Assembly: GCA_910587685.1 (NCBI GenBank)
Contig: CAJUMY010000004.1
Coordinates: 47,706 to 111,705 of the forward strand
Direction: 5' to 3'
Length of the DNA stretch: 64,000 nt
DNA from: an uncultured Christensenellaceae bacterium
GTDB taxonomy: Bacteria > Bacillota > Clostridia > Christensenellales > UBA3700
This document shows, piece by piece, positions 35,148 through 43,996 of the stretch. The first letter of the stretch is position 1; the number at the start of each line of letters is the position of its first letter. Position numbers and translations under genes: made by a program. The notes under the pieces were generated by a model, which made no database searches, had not been told where the DNA came from, and saw nothing but the letters and a program-made list of their open reading frames with translations.

Positions 35148-35426
35148 ATGGAAGACATTGAAAAGAACGTGCTCAAAAAGCATACGGTTACCGTTAAATA
35201 TCAGGAGAGCGTTACGCTCAGCGCAGTAAAGAACGTGATATCTTTCGACGAAAAAGAGATCACCGCGCAGCTTGCCGACGAAAACGTCACTCTCGAAGGA
35301 GAAAAATTCAATATCGAAAAGCTCGATACCGATAACGGAGAACTGATAGTTACAGGCGTGTTGAAACAGCTGAGATATTCCAAAGGTAAAGAAAAGAGAT
35401 CTTTTCTCAAAAAGGTATTTAAGTAA
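35148..35426 (+). CDS. yabP: sporulation protein YabP
   Basis: 92 aa. The pattern VTLSAVKNVISFDEKEITAQL...LEGEKFNIEKLDTDNGELIVTGVLKQLRY is typical of YabP, and the gene is followed by yabQ. Confidence 0.75.
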   Translation: MEDIEKNVLKKHTVTVKYQESVTLSAVKNVISFDEKEITAQLADENVTLEGEKFNIEKLDTDNGELIVTGVLKQLRYSKGKEKRSFLKKVFK

Positions 35427-35792
35427 GTGATCTTCAACGATGCTTTGAGCGCCGCGCTTGCTTTTCTCATACTACTTGCGTGCGGAGTATTTGCGGGACT
35501 CATATACGATCTTTCATATATCGCGAGAAGTATCGCGCAAAACGCCGCGATACGCTTTCTTGTCGACTTCTTTTATGTTATAATAGCGGGGATAACGTTT
35601 CTTATCGGCATAATTATCGCTGATAAAGGGCGTATCGAATACTATTATATTCTTGCAGAAGCGATCGGTATAGCTATCGGAGCGATTCCGAAAAGATTCA
35701 TTAAAAAGAAGATCCCGAAGCTCGTCGAAAGTCATATTCGGCGTAAAGATAAGATCAAGACGAGCAAATTTTACCGAAAGCTCACGAAGTGA
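35427..35792 (+). CDS. yabQ: spore cortex biosynthesis protein YabQ
   Basis: Small multi-TM protein starting (GTG) immediately after the yabP stop. The yabP-yabQ pairing is conserved. Confidence 0.6.
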   Translation: MIFNDALSAALAFLILLACGVFAGLIYDLSYIARSIAQNAAIRFLVDFFYVIIAGITFLIGIIIADKGRIEYYYILAEAIGIAIGAIPKRFIKKKIPKLVESHIRRKDKIKTSKFYRKLTK

Positions 35793-35798
35793 GGCGAC

Positions 35799-36680
35799 AT
35801 GCACGCAATTATCGACGTAGGAAGCAATTCCGTTAGATTGATGTTGGGAAGCGGAGAAAGAACGCTTTCAAAAAGCATTGCGACGACAAGACTCGGAGAG
35901 GGTCTTGCTGTTACCGGCAGGCTCAGCGAAAAGAGGATAGCCGATACTCTCGAGGCGATAAATATTTTTATCGATAAAGCAGTTAGTTTCGGAGTCTCTT
36001 TGGAAAACGTCTTTATCTTTGCGACGGAGAGCGTTCGCTCGGCGTCTAACGGCGGCGATTTTGCTAGCGCGGTTTACGAGTTGTCCGGAATAAAGATAGA
36101 CGTCGTTGGCGGAGAGCTTGAAGCCAAACTCGGTTTTAACGGCGCGTATAGCGGCGGAGCGGTTGCGGCTGTCGTAGATATAGGCGGCGCAAGCACGGAG
36201 ATAACGGTCGGAGACGCCGACGGGATAATCTATTCTTGCTCTAGACCTATAGGGTGCGTGAGGATAAGGGATAGATGCGGCGAGGACGAGGGCGCGATAA
36301 CGGAATATGTAGACGACGTTATTTCATCGTACGGAGATATTCCGAACGTCTATAGGGCGGTATTCGTAGCAGGCACGGCGTCTACGGTCGCTATGATGTG
36401 TCTTGAAGAAGACGTGTACGATGCGTCCAAAGTTCAGGATCTGTACGTTACGAAGGACAGGCTCTGCGAGCTGACGGCTATCGTCAAGAATACGCCGCTA
36501 AGTATTAGAAGTAATATAAAAGGGCTTCCCGAGAAGAGGAGCGATATTATTTACGGCGGTATGGCGCTCGTAAAGGCAATACTCGAAAGACTCGGTCTCG
36601 ACGGTTTTTATTTCAGCGACAGAGACAATCTCGAGGGATATCGCGATCATATCAGGAAAGAGGGCAGACTGAAAGACTAA
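35799..36680 (+). CDS. Ppx/GppA-family phosphatase
   Basis: The N-terminus AIIDVGSNSVRLML is the ASKHA/Ppx-GppA signature. 293 aa. Confidence 0.75.
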   Translation: MHAIIDVGSNSVRLMLGSGERTLSKSIATTRLGEGLAVTGRLSEKRIADTLEAINIFIDKAVSFGVSLENVFIFATESVRSASNGGDFASAVYELSGIKIDVVGGELEAKLGFNGAYSGGAVAAVVDIGGASTEITVGDADGIIYSCSRPIGCVRIRDRCGEDEGAITEYVDDVISSYGDIPNVYRAVFVAGTASTVAMMCLEEDVYDASKVQDLYVTKDRLCELTAIVKNTPLSIRSNIKGLPEKRSDIIYGGMALVKAILERLGLDGFYFSDRDNLEGYRDHIRKEGRLKD

Positions 36681-36877
36681 AGCGAAGAAAATGATTCGTG
36701 TTATCCATTATTTCGACTGATTTAAGAATAAATTATATATTGTTGAATATAATTAAATATACAAAAAACCGATAAGTTACGCCGTTTTTTAAGTTTTTTT
36801 ATGATTTTGACAAATTGTTGCCGAAAATCATTGACAAAACTATAATTATAGGATAGAATAACTAAGCATTTAGATGT

Positions 36878-36954
<77 letters not shown>

Positions 36955-36958
36955 TTTT

Positions 36959-37035
36959 GGCGGCGTAGCTTAGTTGGTTAGAGCGGCCGGTTCATACCCG
37001 GCAGGTCATTGGTTCGACTCCGATCGCCGCTACCA
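36959..37035 (+). tRNA. elongator tRNA-Met (CAU)
   Basis: GGCGGCGUAGCUUAGUUGGUUAGAGCGGCCGGUUCAUACCCGGCAGGUCAUUGGUUCGACUCCGAUCGCCGCUACCA. An Ile2 (lysidine) identity is not formally excluded. Confidence 0.8.
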
Positions 37036-37363
37036 CAAAAATCAACCCGAAACTTAATGTTTCGGGTATTTTTATGCCTATTCAAAAAAGTTTTGAACGG
37101 AAGTACGCGACTGAGAGCAATTTTATTGCGGTAGGAGACAGTTTGATTGTATTTTTTTGTTGCTCTGATCATGACTTTTGATAAATCAAGGTTTTATATG
37201 TCCATAAATTTTTCGATCGTTTGTGATTTTTAAGATAAATTTATAAATTTAAGTTAATTTTCAACAAATTTTTTATTCGTTTTCAATAATTACAAAATTA
37301 TTATAAAAACCCTATTAACAGCTAGGTGAAAATATGCTATTGTTTGATTAGGAGGAAAATTAT

Positions 37364-37768
37364 ATGGAAAACATTATGAAAAAATCAGTAGCAATCATAG
37401 CTTTAGCGGCTCTTATCATCGCGGTGACTTGTTGTTTTGCCTTTTCGCTTCCGTTAAATGCGGAGGAAAGCGTTGTTTGGGACAAGATAGAGATCGAGCC
37501 TTCGCAAGTAGGAGAGTCTTCGAATACTTATAATATTAATCTTTCCGAAATAAGATCCGAATATAGATACGTCTATATTTACGTCGTAGGCGCAGGCGGA
37601 GCGGGCGGTAACGGTAAGAAGCAGGCTGTAGGCAACGGCGGCGGAATAATAAAAAATGACGGAGCTGACGCCAATTACGGCGCGGGCGGCGGCGGAGCAG
37701 GTCACGCTGCGGCTAACGGAGGCAAGGGCGGAAACGGATATGTAGAAGTATTCGGCAGCAATATGTGA
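37364..37768 (+). CDS. small secreted glycine-rich protein
   Basis: Signal/anchor MKKSVAIIALAALIIAVTCCFAF, then YVYIYVVGAGGAGGNG...GAGGGGAGHAAANGGKGGNGYVEVF. AGGAGGA RBS. Confidence 0.55.
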   Translation: MENIMKKSVAIIALAALIIAVTCCFAFSLPLNAEESVVWDKIEIEPSQVGESSNTYNINLSEIRSEYRYVYIYVVGAGGAGGNGKKQAVGNGGGIIKNDGADANYGAGGGGAGHAAANGGKGGNGYVEVFGSNM

Positions 37769-37863
37769 TAAGAAGCGGCAAAGAATTTAGTTTTCATCAC
37801 AGAATATTACGGTCATAGACAAGGGACGGCAAATTGCCGTCCCTTATTTTCATAGTTTTCGCA

Positions 37864-38232
37864 TTAAGGCGTCTTTTGAAAGAGATGCCGTTTTCGGTAT
37901 TCCGTCGGCGTTACGCCTTGAATTTTTTTGAACGTATTCATAAAGTAGTATTGATTGGAAAATCCGCACCTAGCCGCGATCTCCTCTATCGGCGCCGTTC
38001 CGAAAGATAAAAGACGAGAGGCTTCGGTTATACGCTTTTTATCACGTATTGCTGAGGCGTTGTCATGGAAATTGGTTTTGAAGAGCCGTATCAGATGCTG
38101 TTGAGATATGCCGAAGCGGCTCGCAAGATCGGATAATGCGTCGGGAGAGGCGTAATTTTTTTCCACGTAATCGAGTATCGTAACGAATAGCGGATGATAC
38201 GCGTATGAAAGTTCGCTGTCGAAGTTTGGCTT
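37864..38232 (-). pseudogene. AraC-family regulator remnant (DNA-binding half only)
   Basis: Only the C-terminal HTH_AraC domain is intact (...LDYVEKNYASPDALSDLASRFGISQQHLIRLFK...GFSNQYYFMNTFKK). The frame hits a stop at 38233 and no ligand-binding domain lies upstream. Confidence 0.6.
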
Positions 38233-38318
38233 TCAATATGCAATATAGTCATCGATAACGCGCTCGTATCAAATATACCGCCATATATATCGGAGTATAT
38301 AATATTATATGATTTTAC

Positions 38319-38347
38319 TTGACACGCCCTATAGTATATGTTAAAAT
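38319..38347 (+). promoter_or_regulatory. promoter of the polyamine operon leader (TTGACA-17-TAAAAT)
   Basis: -35 TTGACA 38319..38324, 17-bp spacer, -10 TAAAAT 38342..38347. Confidence 0.5.
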
Positions 38348-38351
38348 TCAC

Positions 38352-38723
38352 TCGTATGGGAAAGTGATTTGATCAGACTGGCCATGCAAATATTCTACGA
38401 CCTGCCCGAAAGGGTTCAAGGCATACGGACAGCCGAGGTCAACTGCCGATTGGCGGAGCGTAAGCGTCTGCCTGTTGATTGAGTTAAAAGCTCAAATTTT
38501 ATAAGTTGGTTCCTTTATAACCGGAGCGCTCGACGCGCCATAACTTGTGAAACGGTCAATATGAGTAGTAAAAGTAAGAGATATTTGCTATATAGACTCT
38601 GAGATGAATCGGTCTCCTATGCGAGAAACTGACGTCTTTCGCCGCCTTAGGCAGAAGCGTCGTGATTTGTCGAATTATGATATTGTCCTTTTCAAGTAAC
38701 GGCTAGAGCCGTTACTTTTTTTT
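38352..38723 (+). promoter_or_regulatory. ~370-nt untranslated leader ending in an intrinsic terminator (candidate riboswitch/attenuator)
   Basis: No convincing ORF. Terminator AGTAACGGC-TAGA-GCCGTTACT plus TTTTTTT at 38695..38723, 33 nt before the speD ATG. Confidence 0.4.
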
Positions 38724-38755
38724 CGCCGAGAGGCGGTATGCGGAGGAATATCTAT

Positions 38756-39517
38756 ATGGAACAGAAGCTGAAACTGTACGGATTCAATAACTTGACTAAG
38801 GCGTTGAGTTTTAATATTTACGACGTGTGTTACGCAAAGACTGCCAGAGAACAGCATGATTACGTAACGTATATCAACGAGCAGTATAACTCCGAGAGAC
38901 TTACGAATATTCTTCTCAATCTTACCGATATGATAGGCGCGAAGGTGCTCAATATATCTTCGCAGGATTACGAACCGCAGGGGGCGTCGGTGACGCTGCT
39001 CCTTGCCGAAGAGCATATGATACCGGTCCAGGGAGAGACCACTCTCGCGCATCTCGATAAGAGTCACGTTACGGTGCATACTTATCCCGAGTATCACCCC
39101 GAGACCTGTCTTGCGACGTTCAGAGTCGATATAGACGTTGCTACGTGCGGAGAGATAACGCCGCTTTCAACGCTTGACTATCTCATCGGTTCTTTCGATT
39201 CCGATATCATTACCATGGACTATAGGATCAGGGGCTTTACCCGCGATCTTTCGGGAAAGAAACTCTTTCTCGATCATAAGATCAAGTCTATACAGGACTT
39301 TATCGACGAGAAAACGCTCGCGAAATACGACGCCGTCGATATCAACGTATACGATACAAATCTCTTCCATACGAAGATGCTCATAAAAGAGATAGACCTT
39401 CAGAACTATCTTTTCAAGTCCGACGTATACGAGCTTTCGCCGAAGACGAGACTCGATATTACCGACAGCTTACGCCGTGAGATGATAGAGATATTCAGCG
39501 GAAGGAATATCTTCTAG
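38756..39517 (+). CDS. speD: S-adenosylmethionine decarboxylase proenzyme (E. coli SpeD type)
   Basis: MEQKLKLYGFNNLTKALSFNIYDVCYAKT...DYEPQGASVTLL closely parallels E. coli SpeD. GGAGGA RBS. Confidence 0.85.
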   Translation: MEQKLKLYGFNNLTKALSFNIYDVCYAKTAREQHDYVTYINEQYNSERLTNILLNLTDMIGAKVLNISSQDYEPQGASVTLLLAEEHMIPVQGETTLAHLDKSHVTVHTYPEYHPETCLATFRVDIDVATCGEITPLSTLDYLIGSFDSDIITMDYRIRGFTRDLSGKKLFLDHKIKSIQDFIDEKTLAKYDAVDINVYDTNLFHTKMLIKEIDLQNYLFKSDVYELSPKTRLDITDSLRREMIEIFSGRNIF

Positions 39518-39529
39518 ACGGAGGGGAGA

Positions 39530-40990
39530 ATGTACGACGAGAGACTCTCGCAGCAAAGAGCGCCCATATACGAGGCGCTTCAGAGACTGAAAAGACAAAG
39601 AATAGTGCCCTTCGACGTTCCCGGACATAAAAGAGGAAGGGGAAATCCCGAACTTACAGAACTTTTCGGCGAAAAGTGCGTGACGATGGACGTCAATTCA
39701 ATGAAGCCGCTCGATTTTCTCTGCCAGCCGGTGTCGGTCATCAGAGACGCCGAGATACTTGCCGCAGAGGCGTTCGGCGCGAAGCACGCGTTTTTAATGG
39801 TTGGCGGAACTACGTCTTCCGTGCAGAGCATGGTGCTCTCGGCGCTCAAGAGAGGAGATAAGATAATCCTTCCGAGAAACGTCCATAGGAGCGTCATATG
39901 CGCGCTGGTCGTATGCGGAGCTATTCCCGTTTACGTCGATCCCGACACCGATCCGCGGCTTGGTATACCGCTCGGAATGAGCGTTGAAGTGCTTGAAAAG
40001 ACCATTAAGGAGAATCCGGACGCGAAGGCGGTCCTCGTGAACAATCCGACGTATTACGGTATCTGTTCGGATATAAAGAGCATCGTTGAGCTCGCGCATG
40101 AGAACGGTATGCTTTGTCTTGCGGACGAAGCGCACGGCACTCACTTTTATTTCGACGACGAGCTGCCGATCGCTGCTATGCATGCTGGCGCAGATATGGC
40201 GGCAGTATCTATGCATAAGTCGGGCGGAAGTCTCACTCAAAGCTCGATATTACTTGTCGGAGAGGGCGTAAGCCCGGGATATGTACGCCAAATAATCAAT
40301 CTTACCCAGACAACCAGCGGATCTTATCTTCTGCTTGCGAGCCTAGATATAGCGAGGAGAAATCTGGCGCTGAGGGGCAAGGATATATTTAGACGCGTAC
40401 ACAAAATGGCAGAGTACGCAAGAAGCGAAATAAACGCTATCGGCGGATATTACGCTTACGGCAGGGAAATAATCAATAAAGACAGCGTTTACGATTTCGA
40501 CACGACGAAACTCTCGGTATTTACGCTCGATACGGGGCTTGCGGGAATCGAGGTGTACGATATTCTTAGAGACGAATACGACATACAGATAGAGTTCGGC
40601 GATCTCGGCAATATACTCGCGTATCTCTCTATAGGCGACAGGTATCAGGAATTGGAGAGGCTTGTGAGCGCGCTTGCGGATATATATCATAATGCGGGCG
40701 GCAATAAAAAGGGAGTTTTTTTCCACGAATATATCCCGCCTATCGTAGCGGTATCTCCGCAGGAAGCGTTTTACGCGGAAAAAGAGGCGGTCGAGCTCGA
40801 TAAGAGCGTCGGCAGGATATGCAGCGAATTCGTTATGTGTTATCCGCCGGGGATACCGATACTCGCGCCGGGCGAAATGATAACGGATAGCGTGCTCGAA
40901 TATATCCGTTACGCCAAGGAAAAGGGTTGCTCTATGAGCGGTCCCGAAGACGCGGATCTCGCGACGCTCAACGTTATGAAAGGAGTGTGA
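39530..40990 (+). CDS. speA: Orn/Lys/Arg decarboxylase family (Bacillus SpeA-type arginine decarboxylase)
   Basis: 486 aa, PLP fold type I. The SMHKSGGSLTQSS lysine motif is present, and the gene lies in a polyamine operon. Confidence 0.75.
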   Translation: MYDERLSQQRAPIYEALQRLKRQRIVPFDVPGHKRGRGNPELTELFGEKCVTMDVNSMKPLDFLCQPVSVIRDAEILAAEAFGAKHAFLMVGGTTSSVQSMVLSALKRGDKIILPRNVHRSVICALVVCGAIPVYVDPDTDPRLGIPLGMSVEVLEKTIKENPDAKAVLVNNPTYYGICSDIKSIVELAHENGMLCLADEAHGTHFYFDDELPIAAMHAGADMAAVSMHKSGGSLTQSSILLVGEGVSPGYVRQIINLTQTTSGSYLLLASLDIARRNLALRGKDIFRRVHKMAEYARSEINAIGGYYAYGREIINKDSVYDFDTTKLSVFTLDTGLAGIEVYDILRDEYDIQIEFGDLGNILAYLSIGDRYQELERLVSALADIYHNAGGNKKGVFFHEYIPPIVAVSPQEAFYAEKEAVELDKSVGRICSEFVMCYPPGIPILAPGEMITDSVLEYIRYAKEKGCSMSGPEDADLATLNVMKGV

Positions 40991-40998
40991 AGGATATT

Positions 40999-41856
40999 AT
41001 GGAATTATGGTTCTCCGAGTTGCACGCCGACAGCGTTAAACTGTCGATAAGAGTGGACAGGCAGGTCGCGTCGATCAATAGCGATTATCAGCGTATAGAT
41101 ATATTCGATTCCGAACAGTTCGGAAGATTCTTGACGCTTGACGGATATATGATGCTGACGGAAAAGGATGAATTCATATATCACGAGATGATAACGCACG
41201 TACCGATGGCGGTCCATCCGTCGATAAAGAACGTACTTGTCATAGGCGGCGGAGACGGCGGAGCCGTAAGAGAACTGCTCAAGTACGATAGCGTCGAGAA
41301 CGTCGATCTTGTCGAAATAGACGGCGAAGTCATAGATGCGTGCAAAAAGTATATGCCGTTCACTGCGGGCCGTCTTGACGATGAGCGAGTCAATATATAC
41401 GTCGAGGACGGGATAAGATACATAAGAAACAAGAGAGATACATACGATCTCATAATAGTAGATTCGACCGATCCGTTCGGACCGGGGGAAGGACTTTTCA
41501 CAAGGGAGTTTTACGGCAACTGCCAAAGAGCGCTCAAAGAGGACGGGATACTCGTCAATCAGCATGAAAGCCCTTTTTACGACAACGACAGAGAGGCGTG
41601 CAAGAGAATGCACCGCCATATCAGCGAAGGATTTAGAATAAGCAAAGTATTTCAGGCGCATATTCCGACGTACCCTTCGGGGCACTGGCTTTTCGGGTTC
41701 GCTTCGAAGAAGTATCATCCGATAAAAGATATAAGGGAAGACGAGTGGAATAAACTCGGCATAAAGACCAAATATTATACGACGAAATTGCACAAGGGCG
41801 CGTTCTATCTGCCCAAATACGTGGAGGAACTTCTAAAAGATGTTGAAAAGGAATGA
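40999..41856 (+). CDS. speE: spermidine synthase (aminopropyltransferase)
   Basis: MELWFSE...YHEMITHVPM...VLVIGGGDGGAVRELLKY...DLIIVDSTDPFGPGEGLF motifs. Confidence 0.85.
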   Translation: MELWFSELHADSVKLSIRVDRQVASINSDYQRIDIFDSEQFGRFLTLDGYMMLTEKDEFIYHEMITHVPMAVHPSIKNVLVIGGGDGGAVRELLKYDSVENVDLVEIDGEVIDACKKYMPFTAGRLDDERVNIYVEDGIRYIRNKRDTYDLIIVDSTDPFGPGEGLFTREFYGNCQRALKEDGILVNQHESPFYDNDREACKRMHRHISEGFRISKVFQAHIPTYPSGHWLFGFASKKYHPIKDIREDEWNKLGIKTKYYTTKLHKGAFYLPKYVEELLKDVEKE

Positions 41857-42694
41857 GGAAACTTTTATAGCTTGCGACGCGGAGTACGGCGACGCCGAAG
41901 TAGTTATATTCGGCGCTCCTTTCGATTCGACTACTTCTTTCCGCCCCGGCGCGAGATTCGGTCCCAAAGCGATGAGAAGCGAATCTTTCGGTATCGAGAC
42001 GTATTCGCCGTATCTCGATAAGGATATGACGGACTATAGTTTTTTCGACAGCGGAGATCTGGAACTCAGTTTCGGACGCGTCGAATCGGCTCTTAACGAC
42101 ATAGAAGAGAGAGTGAGAACGATACTCGCAGCCGGCAAGATACCGTTCATGTTCGGCGGCGAACATCTCGTGACACTGCCGGCGGTGAGAGCGGTACATA
42201 ATAAGTATTCGGATGTACATATAATACACTTTGACGCTCACGCCGACTTAAGAGACGACTATCTCGGAGCTAAACTTTCGCACGCTTCGGTAATGCGCAG
42301 ATGCTGGGAGATAGTTGGAGATAACAGGATATATCAGTTCGGTATACGTTCCGGAGACAGAGAGGAATTCGAGTGGGGAAAGGAACGTGTCGAGACTCAT
42401 AAATTTTCTTTCGACGGACTCGATGGCGTCGTCGAGAGATTGAAGGGCAAGAACGTCTACTTTACGCTTGATCTGGACGTGCTCGATCCGTCGGAATTTT
42501 CGGGAACGGGAACGCCTGAGGCGGGCGGAGTTAGATTCAACGAACTTAGAGAGGCTGTGAAGCTGATATTCGAGAACGTCAATATAGTAGGACTCGACGC
42601 AGTCGAGCTGAGTCCGCATTACGACGTCAGCGGAGTTTCGACGGCGGCGGCGTGTAAAATAGTAAGGGAAATGCTGCTTTCAATGATGAAATAG
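41840..42694 (+). CDS. speB: agmatinase
   Basis: Ureohydrolase motifs FGGEHLVT, HFDAHADL and TLDLDVLDP. 284 aa. Confidence 0.85.
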   Translation: MLKRNEETFIACDAEYGDAEVVIFGAPFDSTTSFRPGARFGPKAMRSESFGIETYSPYLDKDMTDYSFFDSGDLELSFGRVESALNDIEERVRTILAAGKIPFMFGGEHLVTLPAVRAVHNKYSDVHIIHFDAHADLRDDYLGAKLSHASVMRRCWEIVGDNRIYQFGIRSGDREEFEWGKERVETHKFSFDGLDGVVERLKGKNVYFTLDLDVLDPSEFSGTGTPEAGGVRFNELREAVKLIFENVNIVGLDAVELSPHYDVSGVSTAAACKIVREMLLSMMK

Positions 42695-42791
42695 TATGGC
42701 GGCGTTACCGATCGAATAGGTTATAGATCATAGATATAAAGTAAAGATAAAAATAATTATTGATTGCCTTAAGGCATAGAAAGGAGAAACG

Positions 42792-43994
42792 ATGGGAAGA
42801 GCATTAATAATCGGATGCGGCGGAGTTGCTTCCGTTGCTATACACAAGTGTTGTCAGAACAGCGACGTGTTCGAAGAGATATGTATAGCGTCGAGAACGG
42901 TGTCGAAGTGCGACGCGTTGAAGGCGAAACTCGAGCCTACGACCAAGACCAAGATAACTACGGCTAAAGTCAACGCCGACAGCGTTAACGAGCTTATCGA
43001 ACTTATAAACGCTTATAAGCCCGACGTGGTTCTCAATCTTGCTCTTCCGTATCAAGATCTTAAGATAATGGACGCGTGCCTTGCGACGAAGACGCACTAC
43101 GTCGATACCGCCAATTACGAGCCCGAGGATACCGCTAAGTTCGAGTACAGCTGGCAGTGGGCTTATAGAGAGAAGTTCGAAAAGGCAGGCATCACGGCGC
43201 TGCTCGGCAGCGGATTCGATCCGGGAGTCACGGGAGTATTTTCGGCGTACGCAATGAAGCACCATTTCGACGAAATAAATTATATAGATATTCTCGACTG
43301 TAACGGCGGAGACCACGGCTATCCGTTCGCGACCAACTTCAATCCCGAAATAAATATAAGGGAAGTCAGCGCGAAAGGCTCGTACTGGGAGAAAGGAAAG
43401 TGGGTCGAGACCGAGCCTATGGAGATAAAGAGAGTATATAACTTCGAGGGCGTCGGCGAGAAAGATATGTATCTTCTTCATCACGAAGAGCTCGAGTCGC
43501 TCGCGCTCAATATCAAGGGCATCGAGAGAATAAGATTCTTCATGACTTTCGGTCAGAGTTATCTCACGCATCTCAAGTGTCTCGAGAACGTCGGAATGAC
43601 CTCGATAGAACCCATAATATACGAAGGAAAGGAGATAATTCCGCTCCAGTTCTTAAAGGCCGTTCTTCCCGATCCCGCTTCGCTCGGCGAAAGGACGCGC
43701 GGAAAAACGAATATCGGCTGTATCTTCATAGGAAAGAAGGACGGCAAGGAAAAGAAGTATTATCTTTATAACGTATGCGACCATCAGGAGTGCTATAGAG
43801 AGGTAGGTTCGCAAGCCATTTCGTACACTACGGGCGTGCCCGCGATGATAGGCGCGATGCTCGTTATGACGGGAGTATGGAACAAGGCGGGAGTTCATAA
43901 TATCGAGGAGTTCGATCCCGATCCGTTCATGGACGCTCTTAACAAGTGGGGACTTCCGTGGAAGGAATCCTTCGATCCCGTATTGGTCGACTGA
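42792..43994 (+). CDS. carboxy(nor)spermidine dehydrogenase (saccharopine dehydrogenase family)
   Basis: 400 aa. N-terminus ALIIGCGGVASVAIHKC. Paired with the downstream decarboxylase, as in the alternative spermidine pathway. Confidence 0.75.
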   Translation: MGRALIIGCGGVASVAIHKCCQNSDVFEEICIASRTVSKCDALKAKLEPTTKTKITTAKVNADSVNELIELINAYKPDVVLNLALPYQDLKIMDACLATKTHYVDTANYEPEDTAKFEYSWQWAYREKFEKAGITALLGSGFDPGVTGVFSAYAMKHHFDEINYIDILDCNGGDHGYPFATNFNPEINIREVSAKGSYWEKGKWVETEPMEIKRVYNFEGVGEKDMYLLHHEELESLALNIKGIERIRFFMTFGQSYLTHLKCLENVGMTSIEPIIYEGKEIIPLQFLKAVLPDPASLGERTRGKTNIGCIFIGKKDGKEKKYYLYNVCDHQECYREVGSQAISYTTGVPAMIGAMLVMTGVWNKAGVHNIEEFDPDPFMDALNKWGLPWKESFDPVLVD

Positions 43995-43996
43995 TA

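Noticed and set aside
38352-38723. T-box, SAM-I, lysine or guanidine-I riboswitch identity for the speD leader.
   Set aside because: The diagnostic conserved strings of these classes were not found by eye. It is kept only as an unclassified structured leader.
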